Of a DNA stretch of 64,000 nucleotides, positions 11,691 through 22,100 are shown one piece after another (position 1 is the stretch's first letter; the number at the start of each line of letters is the position of its first letter). Position numbers and translations under genes: made by a program. This stretch comes from Botryllus schlosseri (taxonomy: Eukaryota): assembly GCA_051294905.1 (NCBI GenBank), contig CM119372.1:558001-622000 (forward strand), read 5' to 3'. The notes beneath the pieces were generated by a model, which had not been told where the DNA came from, ran no database searches, and saw only the letters and a program-made list of their open reading frames with translations.

Positions 11691-12893
11691 CGTCTCTGCC
11701 TACAAAAAGCTCGTCAATATTTTTGGTCTAAAAACTTATTATTTTAGGCTTACGCGTCCATAGGAATAGTAGCTTACTTTCAATATTTTACTTAGAAGTC
11801 TGACACGTCTTCAAATATCACAATGAAACCACCCAGGAATCGGTATTGGATAGTTCTTTAGCACAAAATTACTTCCAGTCAGAGCTGGGGTGTGAAATTA
11901 TTTCTCACGAGGGGTCAAATGTGATGCAGAAAATACTTTGTTGAATCAAACGTTGAATATTAGGTAATAAAGTGAGGTTATTTTAGCAAAAAATACTATA
12001 TATTCAGTGTCATTATTCTTGGTCGTGGTCGCTGCATTCCGAGGTGTGTGCAGTTTGGTAAAATAAGCCTGGTTTGCTAAGTCATCCGAAATTCGCGCTC
12101 TCTCTCACCCGACTGTCTGTATTTCACTAGCAGTTTTTCTCATAATGCCGACTCAACTTATATGCCTTAACCACGGCAACTTGCTCCCACAAACTAAAAG
12201 AATGCGTTTATACTTGAGTAGGCTACAATATTTATCATCATTGGTTTATTAGCAATTTTATCAGTTCAATACACCACAAAAAATGCGATACAATGAATAG
12301 ACAGGAAGATGTCGAGGCACAAATCTCTGCAAAATGTCGGTCTTCAGCCTCCACTTCTGTTTTCATGAAATTCTCGCACGACGCGAAATATAAAGCACGC
12401 GGCGTATAATTCTGAATGTAACAATGGAAATTAAAAAAAAAAAAAAACATGGTTTGAACTATAGAAAGAGTGAGTTGCGACTTTATTTGTTACGGCATAC
12501 CTTTTTATATTGGCTTTAGTTTGAATCTGGAGTATATGCATGCGATGTACGTAGGCTACGTAATGTAATGTAGACTATATAGTGTTAGTCCACGCATTCA
12601 CATTTTCCAATCAACTTTTCGCGGACCTTAAAATGTCCAGGTATGGTCTAATGAGTCATTGTGTATTTAAAGTATACGAAACTAAAATTTGAGGGTAAAT
12701 AGCCTACTTATTTCTGGCCTACGCGTTCATGCAATTATATCTTATATTCAACATGCTATTTGAAAGTCTTGCGCGATTTCAGAACAAAAGTAAACCAACA
12801 AAACTACCAATGAAATGGAATTGGATAGTTATTCAACAAAAAATTATACTCAAAATACGAGACGAAAGCTGCAGAAACGTACCTTATAATTCA

Positions 12894-15800
12894 TTATTTT
12901 CGCCATTCATATGGCACCTTCAGATTCTCCAAAACTTCTTCGTATGTCCTCTTCTGAGTAATGGACAGAAACATCAAAGTAACTTCTTGCAACACAACCA
13001 ACTTGAAATACTTGTCGCTGCTGTGTGTTGGTTCTAATTTCTTCATGAGCTCACTGTCCTCACGCACCACAGCCTTGTTGAAAATTATTCGCGAAAACGT
13101 GTTGTATGCGACGTATTCTGTTCCTGTGTCCAAATATCTGATCCATTTCGCATGTAAGATGCAGGTCTTGTTTTTGATATATTGGAATATGACTTTGATT
13201 TCTTCAAGGTCATTTTGTCCAACAGGTACGATCATTTTCTGCAATTCAGTGTGTTTGTTTCGGAGAAAAAGGGCATGTCGCTGACTACGGACGTCCTTTT
13301 GCGACTCGTGTAATGTAAGATGACAAACATTTACGATGTCCTGAAATATTGTGTCACCGATTGCTTTAGTTTCTTCATTGATATCCATCATTTTTAATGG
13401 CAGACTTTTCATGAAATATTCATGATTGCGAGAGTTTTGCAGAGGTAATCTTCGCTTTATTGTTTTGAGATAAATAAAGAGGTATCCATTCCTTGACATG
13501 GCATTGAAAGGTTCTTTCGAATCCACAAATTCTACAATTTTGTCGTTGCACAGTCGTACCGAGCATTTCTTCTCGATTAAATATGCGATATTGTGTCCGT
13601 CTCCGTCCGATCCGATGTGTGCAACCACAGCCCTGAGCGAATATCCGATCCAACCTTGATCAGGTCCCTGAATGTGGAGGTTCCGGTTGGCAAACACGGT
13701 ATTTTCCAACTTTCTACCTATAGAGTCCACACGATTGAGGCGCACTGTCACTAGATTCGGAACTTCAGTGAACTTGACATTAGTATTTATCGCGAAACCA
13801 CATTTTTCACATATGATTTGTGAAATCTGAAATGCTTCTGCTACCGATGCAACTCCGCAATTCACGTTGAAGATTTTTTCTTGGTGGACTGTTGTTCCAT
13901 TCGTTTGGCATTCGTCGCAGTGGATGATCCTCTCGTATCTCAATTCGTTCTTCCAACAAAGATCTCCCAATACTTGTGGCAGCGAAGATATTGGATAGAA
14001 CTCATAACAATCGTGCTGCTCACCGAACTCCAGTTTAGTTCTCTCACATGCAATTTTAACAGCATTCATTAATACGTCACGTTCAACCGCCTTCAAGTTT
14101 GTCAAGGGGATAAGTATATTTGCGAATTCCCCAATAATTTGCCTACTCTCATCCAGTGGCCCCAATCCCTGCCGTATGACATGAGAATATGCTTGCATAA
14201 CAGCATTGAACCAGCACGTATTTCCCAGATTTTCGAGTCCAGGTATCTGGGATATAATGCCACACTCAACTTCCGCATTTCGCACAATGTGCGATGATGT
14301 CAGATAATCTTGACGTAGGTCCCAAATGATTTTATGACGGAAATCATTTTGCAAATGTGTACGGTGCTTGTCTTGCGAACATATGCTCCACGCCGCCATA
14401 CATGCACAAACACCGCACGACGAAGAGTCGGTTTGAAGGAAGTCGCCGCAAAATTCCTTCTTCACCCTAGAAATACCAGAAAGGTATTCTGTAAATGACG
14501 ATAAAATCTCGCGTTGCTCCTCCGTATCACGGGCACCAGAGGAATCGAAAAATGTGATTATTTTATTCTTTTCTTGAAAACAGAGAAGTGCAAAATGATT
14601 GAAATCCCGATGAATAAGAATTGGTAATAGTATGACCTCGCGTAAGTGCCGATTGTCATCAAGAATAGTGTCTGGAACTGCTCGAGGCGTATTTCCAGAA
14701 AGTATGAAATGAGTCATGTCCGTTGTCAGATACCCAAAATGACTTTCATTTAACTGAGAATTTCCGTTGAGCGCACACTGGATTACATATGCATTAACAA
14801 TACCGTCTGTTAGCCATCCTGGTTTAGTGTCATTTGCCATGATTTCATTAATATTTTGAATCATTTTCTCTGATGGGTTGGGGCAAATAGACATTATATC
14901 AGCATACGTCACAACGACTTCGAATTTCGAATTGATCGCTGTGTCTGTCAATTTCGTACCGACAGTCGACAAGGCGTGTTCTTGTATCGACTTCCATAAC
15001 TTTTCTGCGAATTTTCCCTCCGGTGTCAATGATTTTGAGTTACGATCCCTGATATTTTCGGCGGCCGTGGGAGTTCCGTAATATCCCTTTCTTTGGCTTC
15101 GTCTCTTGAATTTCGACTCAAGAAATTTTGGCTTTTTATTTATCGGATGTTCTTCTTGATGATATATTTGGAGTTTCCGTTTCGGTACGGGCCGCGAGCC
15201 GTACTTGACTTTCACTAAATCATCAGCAAACGATTTACCAGTTACTCTCGTTGCATCTTCGTAGTCCCACACGAACTTTGGTATATTTGATGCACGCTTG
15301 TTGTTTAGATAGTTTCGCTTCAACTGTCGGAAAAATTGCTCAATTGCACCTTGCGTTCTTGTACCGTCGCAGATTGAGCGTCCAGGATATTTCTTCAATT
15401 GTTTCCACCAATTTGCAAATTTCATGTAATGGTTTGAAGGAATTTCAGGACTACTGTGCCTTGATAAGTCTCCCAGAAGAAGGCGCGAGGTTACGCCGAG
15501 TCGACTAGCGATTACTTCGACGAACTTGGTGTAAAATGACGGAGAGTAATAGACGTTGTCGTCACATTGACTTTCCAGGTTGGAATGAGTTGCTGTTGCT
15601 GACACCCACTCTTTCTCAAGATTGCGGTATCGGGTATAAAATGGAGACTGCAACTCTTGCTTTTTATCGACGGGAATTATTCCAGAAAAATAATCCTCGT
15701 CGTGGCTTGGCTCATTGAGATCATTTACAGCAGCATCAGTTGGATTCTCCTGTTCGCTCTGCAGTGATAACAGAGACGCAAAGCTGGTATTAACAACTGG

Positions 15801-16280
15801 CGTACATTTTGGAGAAAGCAACACAATACAAATATGGCGCATTATCTCGTCCATTTTTGAGAGCATATCTTGCGACAGTAACAGACCGATCCAATACATT
15901 GCAGTGGCAACAAATCCCTTTTTGTAGTGCTTGCGACACAGGATGGATGCAGCTTTCATGGTGTGACTGTAGCAATTTATTACGAATGTCTTTTCCATGT
16001 CATTTTGCGTAGCATTGCCAGTTACAATGCGATAGCATCGGTAATAATACTGAAGTCTATTTTCTCTAGTAAATGCATCCAAAACTGCATTCCATACCGC
16101 TTTACTACCGTCTATTACGATGATTAGAGGTTTCGTGGATCGCTCTCTACCCGAAGAATCGCGTATGAAGTCTCGCAGAAAGTTTCCAATTGTGATTGCG
16201 TCATGCTTGCTTGTGAGAAATACTTTTGAGTCCCCTTCGAGCTCGCTCCCGGTCCTATTGGGAAGTTTGGGGTGTGGCAG
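12894..16280 (-). CDS. Mutator/NOF-like DDE transposase (N-terminally incomplete) fused to a Ulp1/C48 protease and a USP/C19 deubiquitinase
   Basis: The stop-free frame extends 66 codons upstream of the track's TTG at 16082, adding FLTSKHDAITIGNFL...PLIIVIDGSKAVWNAV. It continues with CYSH (CxxH) and TQGAIEQFFRQLK. Ulp1 motifs: WLTDGIVNAY, HFALL, FFDS, QTDSSSCG. USP motifs: GLENLGNTCWFNA, EQHDCYEF, two CxxC, VVAHIG..GHNIAY, CND, YLFIY. No introns. Confidence 0.8.
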   Translation of the reverse strand: MPHPKLPNRTGSELEGDSKVFLTSKHDAITIGNFLRDFIRDSSGRERSTKPLIIVIDGSKAVWNAVLDAFTRENRLQYYYRCYRIVTGNATQNDMEKTFVINCYSHTMKAASILCRKHYKKGFVATAMYWIGLLLSQDMLSKMDEIMRHICIVLLSPKCTPVVNTSFASLLSLQSEQENPTDAAVNDLNEPSHDEDYFSGIIPVDKKQELQSPFYTRYRNLEKEWVSATATHSNLESQCDDNVYYSPSFYTKFVEVIASRLGVTSRLLLGDLSRHSSPEIPSNHYMKFANWWKQLKKYPGRSICDGTRTQGAIEQFFRQLKRNYLNNKRASNIPKFVWDYEDATRVTGKSFADDLVKVKYGSRPVPKRKLQIYHQEEHPINKKPKFLESKFKRRSQRKGYYGTPTAAENIRDRNSKSLTPEGKFAEKLWKSIQEHALSTVGTKLTDTAINSKFEVVVTYADIMSICPNPSEKMIQNINEIMANDTKPGWLTDGIVNAYVIQCALNGNSQLNESHFGYLTTDMTHFILSGNTPRAVPDTILDDNRHLREVILLPILIHRDFNHFALLCFQEKNKIITFFDSSGARDTEEQREILSSFTEYLSGISRVKKEFCGDFLQTDSSSCGVCACMAAWSICSQDKHRTHLQNDFRHKIIWDLRQDYLTSSHIVRNAEVECGIISQIPGLENLGNTCWFNAVMQAYSHVIRQGLGPLDESRQIIGEFANILIPLTNLKAVERDVLMNAVKIACERTKLEFGEQHDCYEFYPISSLPQVLGDLCWKNELRYERIIHCDECQTNGTTVHQEKIFNVNCGVASVAEAFQISQIICEKCGFAINTNVKFTEVPNLVTVRLNRVDSIGRKLENTVFANRNLHIQGPDQGWIGYSLRAVVAHIGSDGDGHNIAYLIEKKCSVRLCNDKIVEFVDSKEPFNAMSRNGYLFIYLKTIKRRLPLQNSRNHEYFMKSLPLKMMDINEETKAIGDTIFQDIVNVCHLTLHESQKDVRSQRHALFLRNKHTELQKMIVPVGQNDLEEIKVIFQYIKNKTCILHAKWIRYLDTGTEYVAYNTFSRIIFNKAVVREDSELMKKLEPTHSSDKYFKLVVLQEVTLMFLSITQKRTYEEVLENLKVPYEWRK

Positions 16281-16318
16281 TTACGGACCTGGTAAGAATG
16301 CAAATCGTTGGTTGCGAC

Positions 16319-17352
16319 TAGGGATGGTGTGAACCTCTGAAAGGTTCAGGTTCGTGTGAACGAGAACCTTTTTGAAAGGTTCTGTGTGAACACGAACGTG
16401 AACCTCATGACGTCACGTGACGTCATATTGCTAATTCCATTTTCAACCCTGTCTTTCAATGAAGTGATAGCCTATATTAATGTACACTTTGTACAGTGTA
16501 CACTGTACACGATACCTAGCGACGGCTCGGGTCACATAATGCCACAATGGTGAAGTACATATTGGCGTTTTAAACGTCACTAAATGTATCAACTGAGACA
16601 ATCAAATGATATAATACTCCAATAAAATCAATATAATCCGTCGCTTTGCCAACAATTTCAACGAGGAGTTGCCAGGGAATATAAGCTTCCGCCTTAACGG
16701 TCTTAGCCAGACCGGACAATGTACTCGGCGTCGGAGTATAGCTACATTGATATTGGGCAGAGTGTAAAACAGGCTTCTATATACTTGCTACCGATATTAG
16801 GCTACCCCACCAGTTATACAGCTGTAGCCAACACCTCAATCGCACGGATTTGGTTTTAATGATACGGTAAACATATGAAGTCAAGATCGGCCCCGTACGC
16901 CTGTTGGATTTGTTACATCAAAAAACGATACCAATCTCATTGATTTGCTGAATAAGCACCATTCGCTGACTACATGTAGTGTATGTCGCTCGTGATGTTG
17001 AGTGATTGCGGGTCAAGCAAACAGCAGAGAGTCACTAAATATTCACAAACGGAAAGCTGGATATTTCGAGCAAATTTTTGTAACAAAGCAAGTAAAATCT
17101 TCGAGATTGTCAAGGTGCATGATCGTTTTGTGTTGGTTTATTATGCTGCCCGCATCATGCATAGCGTGGCCCGCAGTTGAAATGCATTAAATTCGCACCA
17201 AAAATGTCATAATGAAGTGAAAATTGTAATATATATATGAAAAAGGTTCACAGTGCAGAACCTACCAAGGTTCTGTTGTGAACGCGAACCTCTAAATTTC
17301 CGAGGTTCACACACAGAACGCGAACGTGAACCTCGCGTTCACACCATCCCTA
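16319..17352. mobile_element. hAT-type non-autonomous element, 1034 bp
   Basis: TIR tagggatggtgtgaac/gttcacaccatcccta, perfect 8-bp TSD GTTGCGAC (16311-16318 and 17353-17360), and subterminal GTGAAC/GAACC repeats. Confidence 0.9.
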
Positions 17353-17522
17353 GTTGCGACGAATAGTCCTGCATAGAGTTGGGCAATGGGTGCATTACGA
17401 CGTAACAAGCAAATGACGTATGATTAATAAAGAAAGTTGTTATATCATTAGACCTTATTTTCATCGCAAGCCTTACATTGTCTTCCAATCTCTTCTGAAA
17501 TTAGTTCTAAGAAGTAAAACAA

Positions 17523-17677
17523 ATGTAATCGTGAGTAATCGTGATTACTTTTGAAATGTAATCGTAATCGTAGTCAACTACTTCCTGATTTTGCTGTAAT
17601 CGTAATCGTAATCGCGGAATTCAAAAGTAATCGTAATCGCAATCGATTACATTCGTGAAGTAATCACCCCATGTCTG
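17523..17677. repeat. (GTAATC)n-rich MITE end, the target of the LINE insertion
   Basis: Tandem gtaatc units end in ...cccatgtctg, a hAT-like CAGACATGGG terminus on the minus strand. Confidence 0.55.
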
Positions 17678-17800
17678 CCACATTCGCTCAGAGACGTCGT
17701 AGCGTGCGGACGCATCGTCGTTTCAGTTCATTTAAGCTTAGCAGATTGGGTAATCAAGACAAGTGTCCGACTAGCAATTGACGCTTCGGCGTGTAGCCAG

Positions 17801-19162
17801 ATGGATATGGAGACAAGTTCCTCCGCAAAGAGGAAGTCTTCAAGTACCTTCACTTCTTCTGAGGAAGAATGCGGGGATGGGGAGTGGTGCGAAGTAAGAA
17901 GCAAAATACCTGCCAAGAAATTTGCACTGATGGATAATGCAGTTGGGAAGGAACGGGAATCTAATAGCCAAAAAGCAGCAAATCAGCAACTTGACGTGCT
18001 ACTATCGGGGTCTGATGGAACACGCATGGGACACCAACATCCTACAAAGGTATGTGAGGCACTTAAGATGAACATTGGCCATTTTGAAAAAATACGTAGA
18101 TTGCCTTCTGGAGATCTAGTTGTAACTTGTAAGACCAAAGAACAGGTTGATAAACTTCTCACTATAGACCAAATAGGAAAGGACTCCAACTTGATCGAAG
18201 TCAAAACCTCATTATTTGGTGCCAAACCTTATGGAGCACGAGCAGTGATATCCGGTGTTCCGCTGGATATAACAGAAGAAGAGATATTGAAAGAGTTCTT
18301 TGAAATTGGCGTCAATTTCGTTAAACGGTTAAAGCGCAAAGTAGATGGAAAATATGAGAGCAGCCTATCGATTTTGTTATGTTTCGCGTCTGAGACAATT
18401 CCTGACTACGTGCATTTTTCATACCTACGGTTCCGTACAAAACCTTATAACCCGCCACCAGTCAGATGTTTTGGATGCAATAGATATGGCCACACAAAAG
18501 AGAATTGTCGTGGGAAATATTGCTGTTCAAAATGTGGGGGTCGTGATCACGAGGTGGAGAAGTGTACCAAAGATTTATGTTGCATTAATTGTAAACAACC
18601 GCACAGTGCTGCTTATGCCGGGTGCCCAGTATACAAAGAACAGGCAAAATTACAAATCATAAAAGAACGTTCCAAGGTGACTCACTCCGAAGCTAAATCA
18701 ATACTAAATTCCGAAACACCCGAAACACAAGATACGCGTCTTTACAGCGAAGTGACGCAGGATAGCGCAACGCGTGTCAACAATCAGCAACGATCAACAA
18801 TCAACAACCCAAGTCACCGAGCCACCATCAGGAAGATTCCGCGACAAACAACCTCTAATCACATGAACAAAGACAATAAAAGCAACGATCCAAACAATCA
18901 TCCTGATTTGCAACCAAATAATCAATCTTCGTTAGCGTATATTGATCCGATCCATCTTATCGCACTACTGGCTGAAATAGTGAAGCTTACATTGGCGGCC
19001 TGCAACTCGGACAAGGAGTGCGACGTATACAATATAGTATCCAAAGTTTCTTTGAAATATCTCGGTCGACAGGCAGATGTTGTCACGATGAGAAACATTT
19101 TCGAGCCCTTCCATGATATCAATGACACCAATCCGATGACAAATCCCATAAACGATGGATAA
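17801..19162 (+). CDS. LINE ORF1, gag-like nucleic-acid-binding protein
   Basis: 453 aa with an RRM-like VISGVP region and three zinc knuckles (CFGCNRYGHTKENC, CSKCGGRDHEVEKC, CINCKQPHSAAYAGC). Confidence 0.9.
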   Translation: MDMETSSSAKRKSSSTFTSSEEECGDGEWCEVRSKIPAKKFALMDNAVGKERESNSQKAANQQLDVLLSGSDGTRMGHQHPTKVCEALKMNIGHFEKIRRLPSGDLVVTCKTKEQVDKLLTIDQIGKDSNLIEVKTSLFGAKPYGARAVISGVPLDITEEEILKEFFEIGVNFVKRLKRKVDGKYESSLSILLCFASETIPDYVHFSYLRFRTKPYNPPPVRCFGCNRYGHTKENCRGKYCCSKCGGRDHEVEKCTKDLCCINCKQPHSAAYAGCPVYKEQAKLQIIKERSKVTHSEAKSILNSETPETQDTRLYSEVTQDSATRVNNQQRSTINNPSHRATIRKIPRQTTSNHMNKDNKSNDPNNHPDLQPNNQSSLAYIDPIHLIALLAEIVKLTLAACNSDKECDVYNIVSKVSLKYLGRQADVVTMRNIFEPFHDINDTNPMTNPINDG

Positions 19163-22100
19163 TATAGGACTAAACTTTTTACAGTGGAATTGTAGAGGAT
19201 TATATAGGAAACATCACGAACTAAAACACTTTCTCACGACTCTGGAACGTGCTCCAGATGCGATAATTCTCCAGGAAACACACCTTATCGAAAAATACTC
19301 TCCGAAATTTCCAGGATATCACTGTCACAGAAAGGACAAATCCCTTCATTCTGGTGGATTGGCGATCTTCATTAAATCTTCGCATAACTCCAGCATTGAA
19401 GCAGTTGCTACAACCGACATCGAGGTACTTTGTGTGAGGCTTCACGGCCTATCATTGTACAATGTGTACATCCCACCCGACTGCCGCTTACGCGACAGTG
19501 ATGCGAACATTTTCGAGACGTTACCACCAAAATCCATCGTCTTTGGCGACTTCAATGCGCATCATTGGTCGTGGAGTCACCAAACGAACCAACGAGGGAC
19601 TAAACTTTTTAATGTCCTCGATCACGCAAACTTAGTCATGTTAAACTCTTCAACTCCAACACATATCAATCTCGCGAGCAATGCTGTTAATCGTTGGTCA
19701 TTGCTAGATTTAACACTCGCTACTCAAGATATAGCCGCGAGATGCCAAACTGAAATATCTTCGTCGCTGCTAGGAAGTGATCATTTCGTAGTATTCACGA
19801 AGTATATGACAAACTCGGCGATAACTTCCTTTTATCGACCACCATCGTGGTCGCTCAAGAAAGCCAATTGGAAGAAGTTCTCCCGAATTGCAGATGAAAT
19901 GATCGATTTGTCCGATCAACGAGATGTTGAGTCTGCAAATACTATTCTAACAAAATGCATAACGACAGCAGCGAATCGATCAATACCAAAGACAAGGAAT
20001 ATGGACAAGAAATCTGTCCCTTGGTGGAGTCCCGAATGTGAGAGAATGATTCGTAGGAAAAAAGCAGCCTATTTAAGAATGAAGCGCACCTTTGATATAA
20101 CAGACGTTATAAACTTCAAAAAGGCCAGGTCCGCATGCAGAAGAACTATACTCGAAGCAAAACGCTTTTGCTGGGAGTCTTTCTGTTCCTCGCTGAATAA
20201 TAAATCACGTTTAAATCACGTATGGCGGGTTATTCGTAGCATCGCTGGTACAACAGCGCATCAGCAAATTCCTCATATCCGAGTAAATGAAGTTGATCAC
20301 ACCGAAGACATGTCAAAAGCAGAAAAAATAGGCGAGCACTTCGCTACCATAAGCAGATCCGATAACTACGCTTCGAATTTCCTCCTTTCCAAGAGTCAAC
20401 GTGACCAACATATTACATCGTGTCTACCTTTCAATGTGAATCTGGAAGATCCAATGAATGCGCCGTTTCAGATGTCGGAACTTAGGGAGGCACTACAGAG
20501 TCGGAAAATCTCTTCTCCTGGACGGGATTCGATAAATTATCAAATGCTGCAAAATCTTTCGACGTCCGCCCAGACCGAGCTTCTTAAGCTATATAACATT
20601 TCATGGAGAGATGGAAAATTACCTAAATCCTGGAAACATGCTGTAGTAGTTCCTATCCTAAAACCACGAAAGGATCCTTCTAAAGCCGGATCATATCGAC
20701 CCATCTCATTGTCCAGCCATCTTTGTAAGGTTATGGAAGTGATGATAGTAAATAGACTTCAGTGGTTTCTTGAGGCGAACGATCTTCTTCATTACTCCCA
20801 GTCGGGTTTTCGTCACGATCGCAGTACCCTAGACCATATACTTCGCCTACACGACACCATATATAAGGCACTGAACAATCAGAGATCAGTAGTTGCAGTT
20901 TTTCTCGACATCGAGAAAGCCTACGATATGGTATGGCGAAATGGTTTGCTCTATAAACTGTCTGCCCTCGGCATACATGGGAGGTTGCTGAAATGGATAT
21001 CAGATTTTCTACGTGACAGATCGTTCTCGGTTCGCATTGGTTCTTCGCTATCCACCCCATTTCAACTTGAAAATGGTCTTCCGCAAGGAAGCTCTATAAG
21101 CCCCATCCTCTTTGCAGTAATGATAAATGATTTGGCACCCTTATTGCAGGTGGGAAATGGTCTCTTTGCTGACGACTGTGCAGTATGGGACAGTGAGTTG
21201 TCGTTAACTGACGCAGTGGCGGAAGTTCAAAAATCATTAGACGTGATACACAAATGGTGCTCAGATTGGGGTTTCAAGATCTCTACTGACAAGTCAATTG
21301 CAGTGATATTCACCAGAAAAATTAAAGTTGGTCATCATACGCTAGATTTTGGTGGAGTTCCGTTGAGATTTGAAGATAAAGCGAAGTATTTGGGAGTCAC
21401 ATTTGATAGAAGACTAACATACAAATATCACATTGAAACTATTGCCTCGAAATGCACAAAGCGATTGAATATGATACGACTCCTAACCGGCACTTATTGG
21501 GGGGCAAGTCGATCTTCTCTGTTACAATTGTATCGAGCGATGATTAGGAGTACAATCGATTACGCGATGCCAGCATACTTTTTTGCCGCGAAAAAACATT
21601 TGGATAGACTGAATATAATACATAATCAAGCTCTGAGGCTCTGCTGCGGTGCAATGCGAAGCACTCCGATTTGCGCTTTAGAAGCCGAATGTAACGAGAT
21701 GCCGCTTCACACCCGGCATTTACACCTCTGCCTTAATTATCGCTGTTTTCTTCTGGCCCATTCCGCCGACAACAATCCAGCAACGGAATTATTAGATGAT
21801 ACCTGGCACGAAATATACAATTTGACAAATCCAAAATTTCGAACTTTCAACCTTATCTCAAAAATCGACTTGCTCCAACAATTCACAATAGATACGTATC
21901 GACACACAACTGTGCAACCATGGAAAATTCCTGTTCCCTGCGTAGATTTTCATCTACTGCATTCCAAGTGGTCCGATACTTCATTTGAACATTTACGTCA
22001 GAATTCCTTGTCATATATAACAGAAAAATACATTGGATACGACCATATTTATACGGATGGCTCAAAAAACGACTTCGGAACGGGATGTGCAGTGTATATC

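Noticed and set aside
12894..16082. Ordinary host USP or SENP gene, or an endogenous viral gene
   Set aside because: The N-terminal D/CxxH/E transposase motifs and the lack of introns argue for transposon origin, and no viral hallmark genes are nearby.
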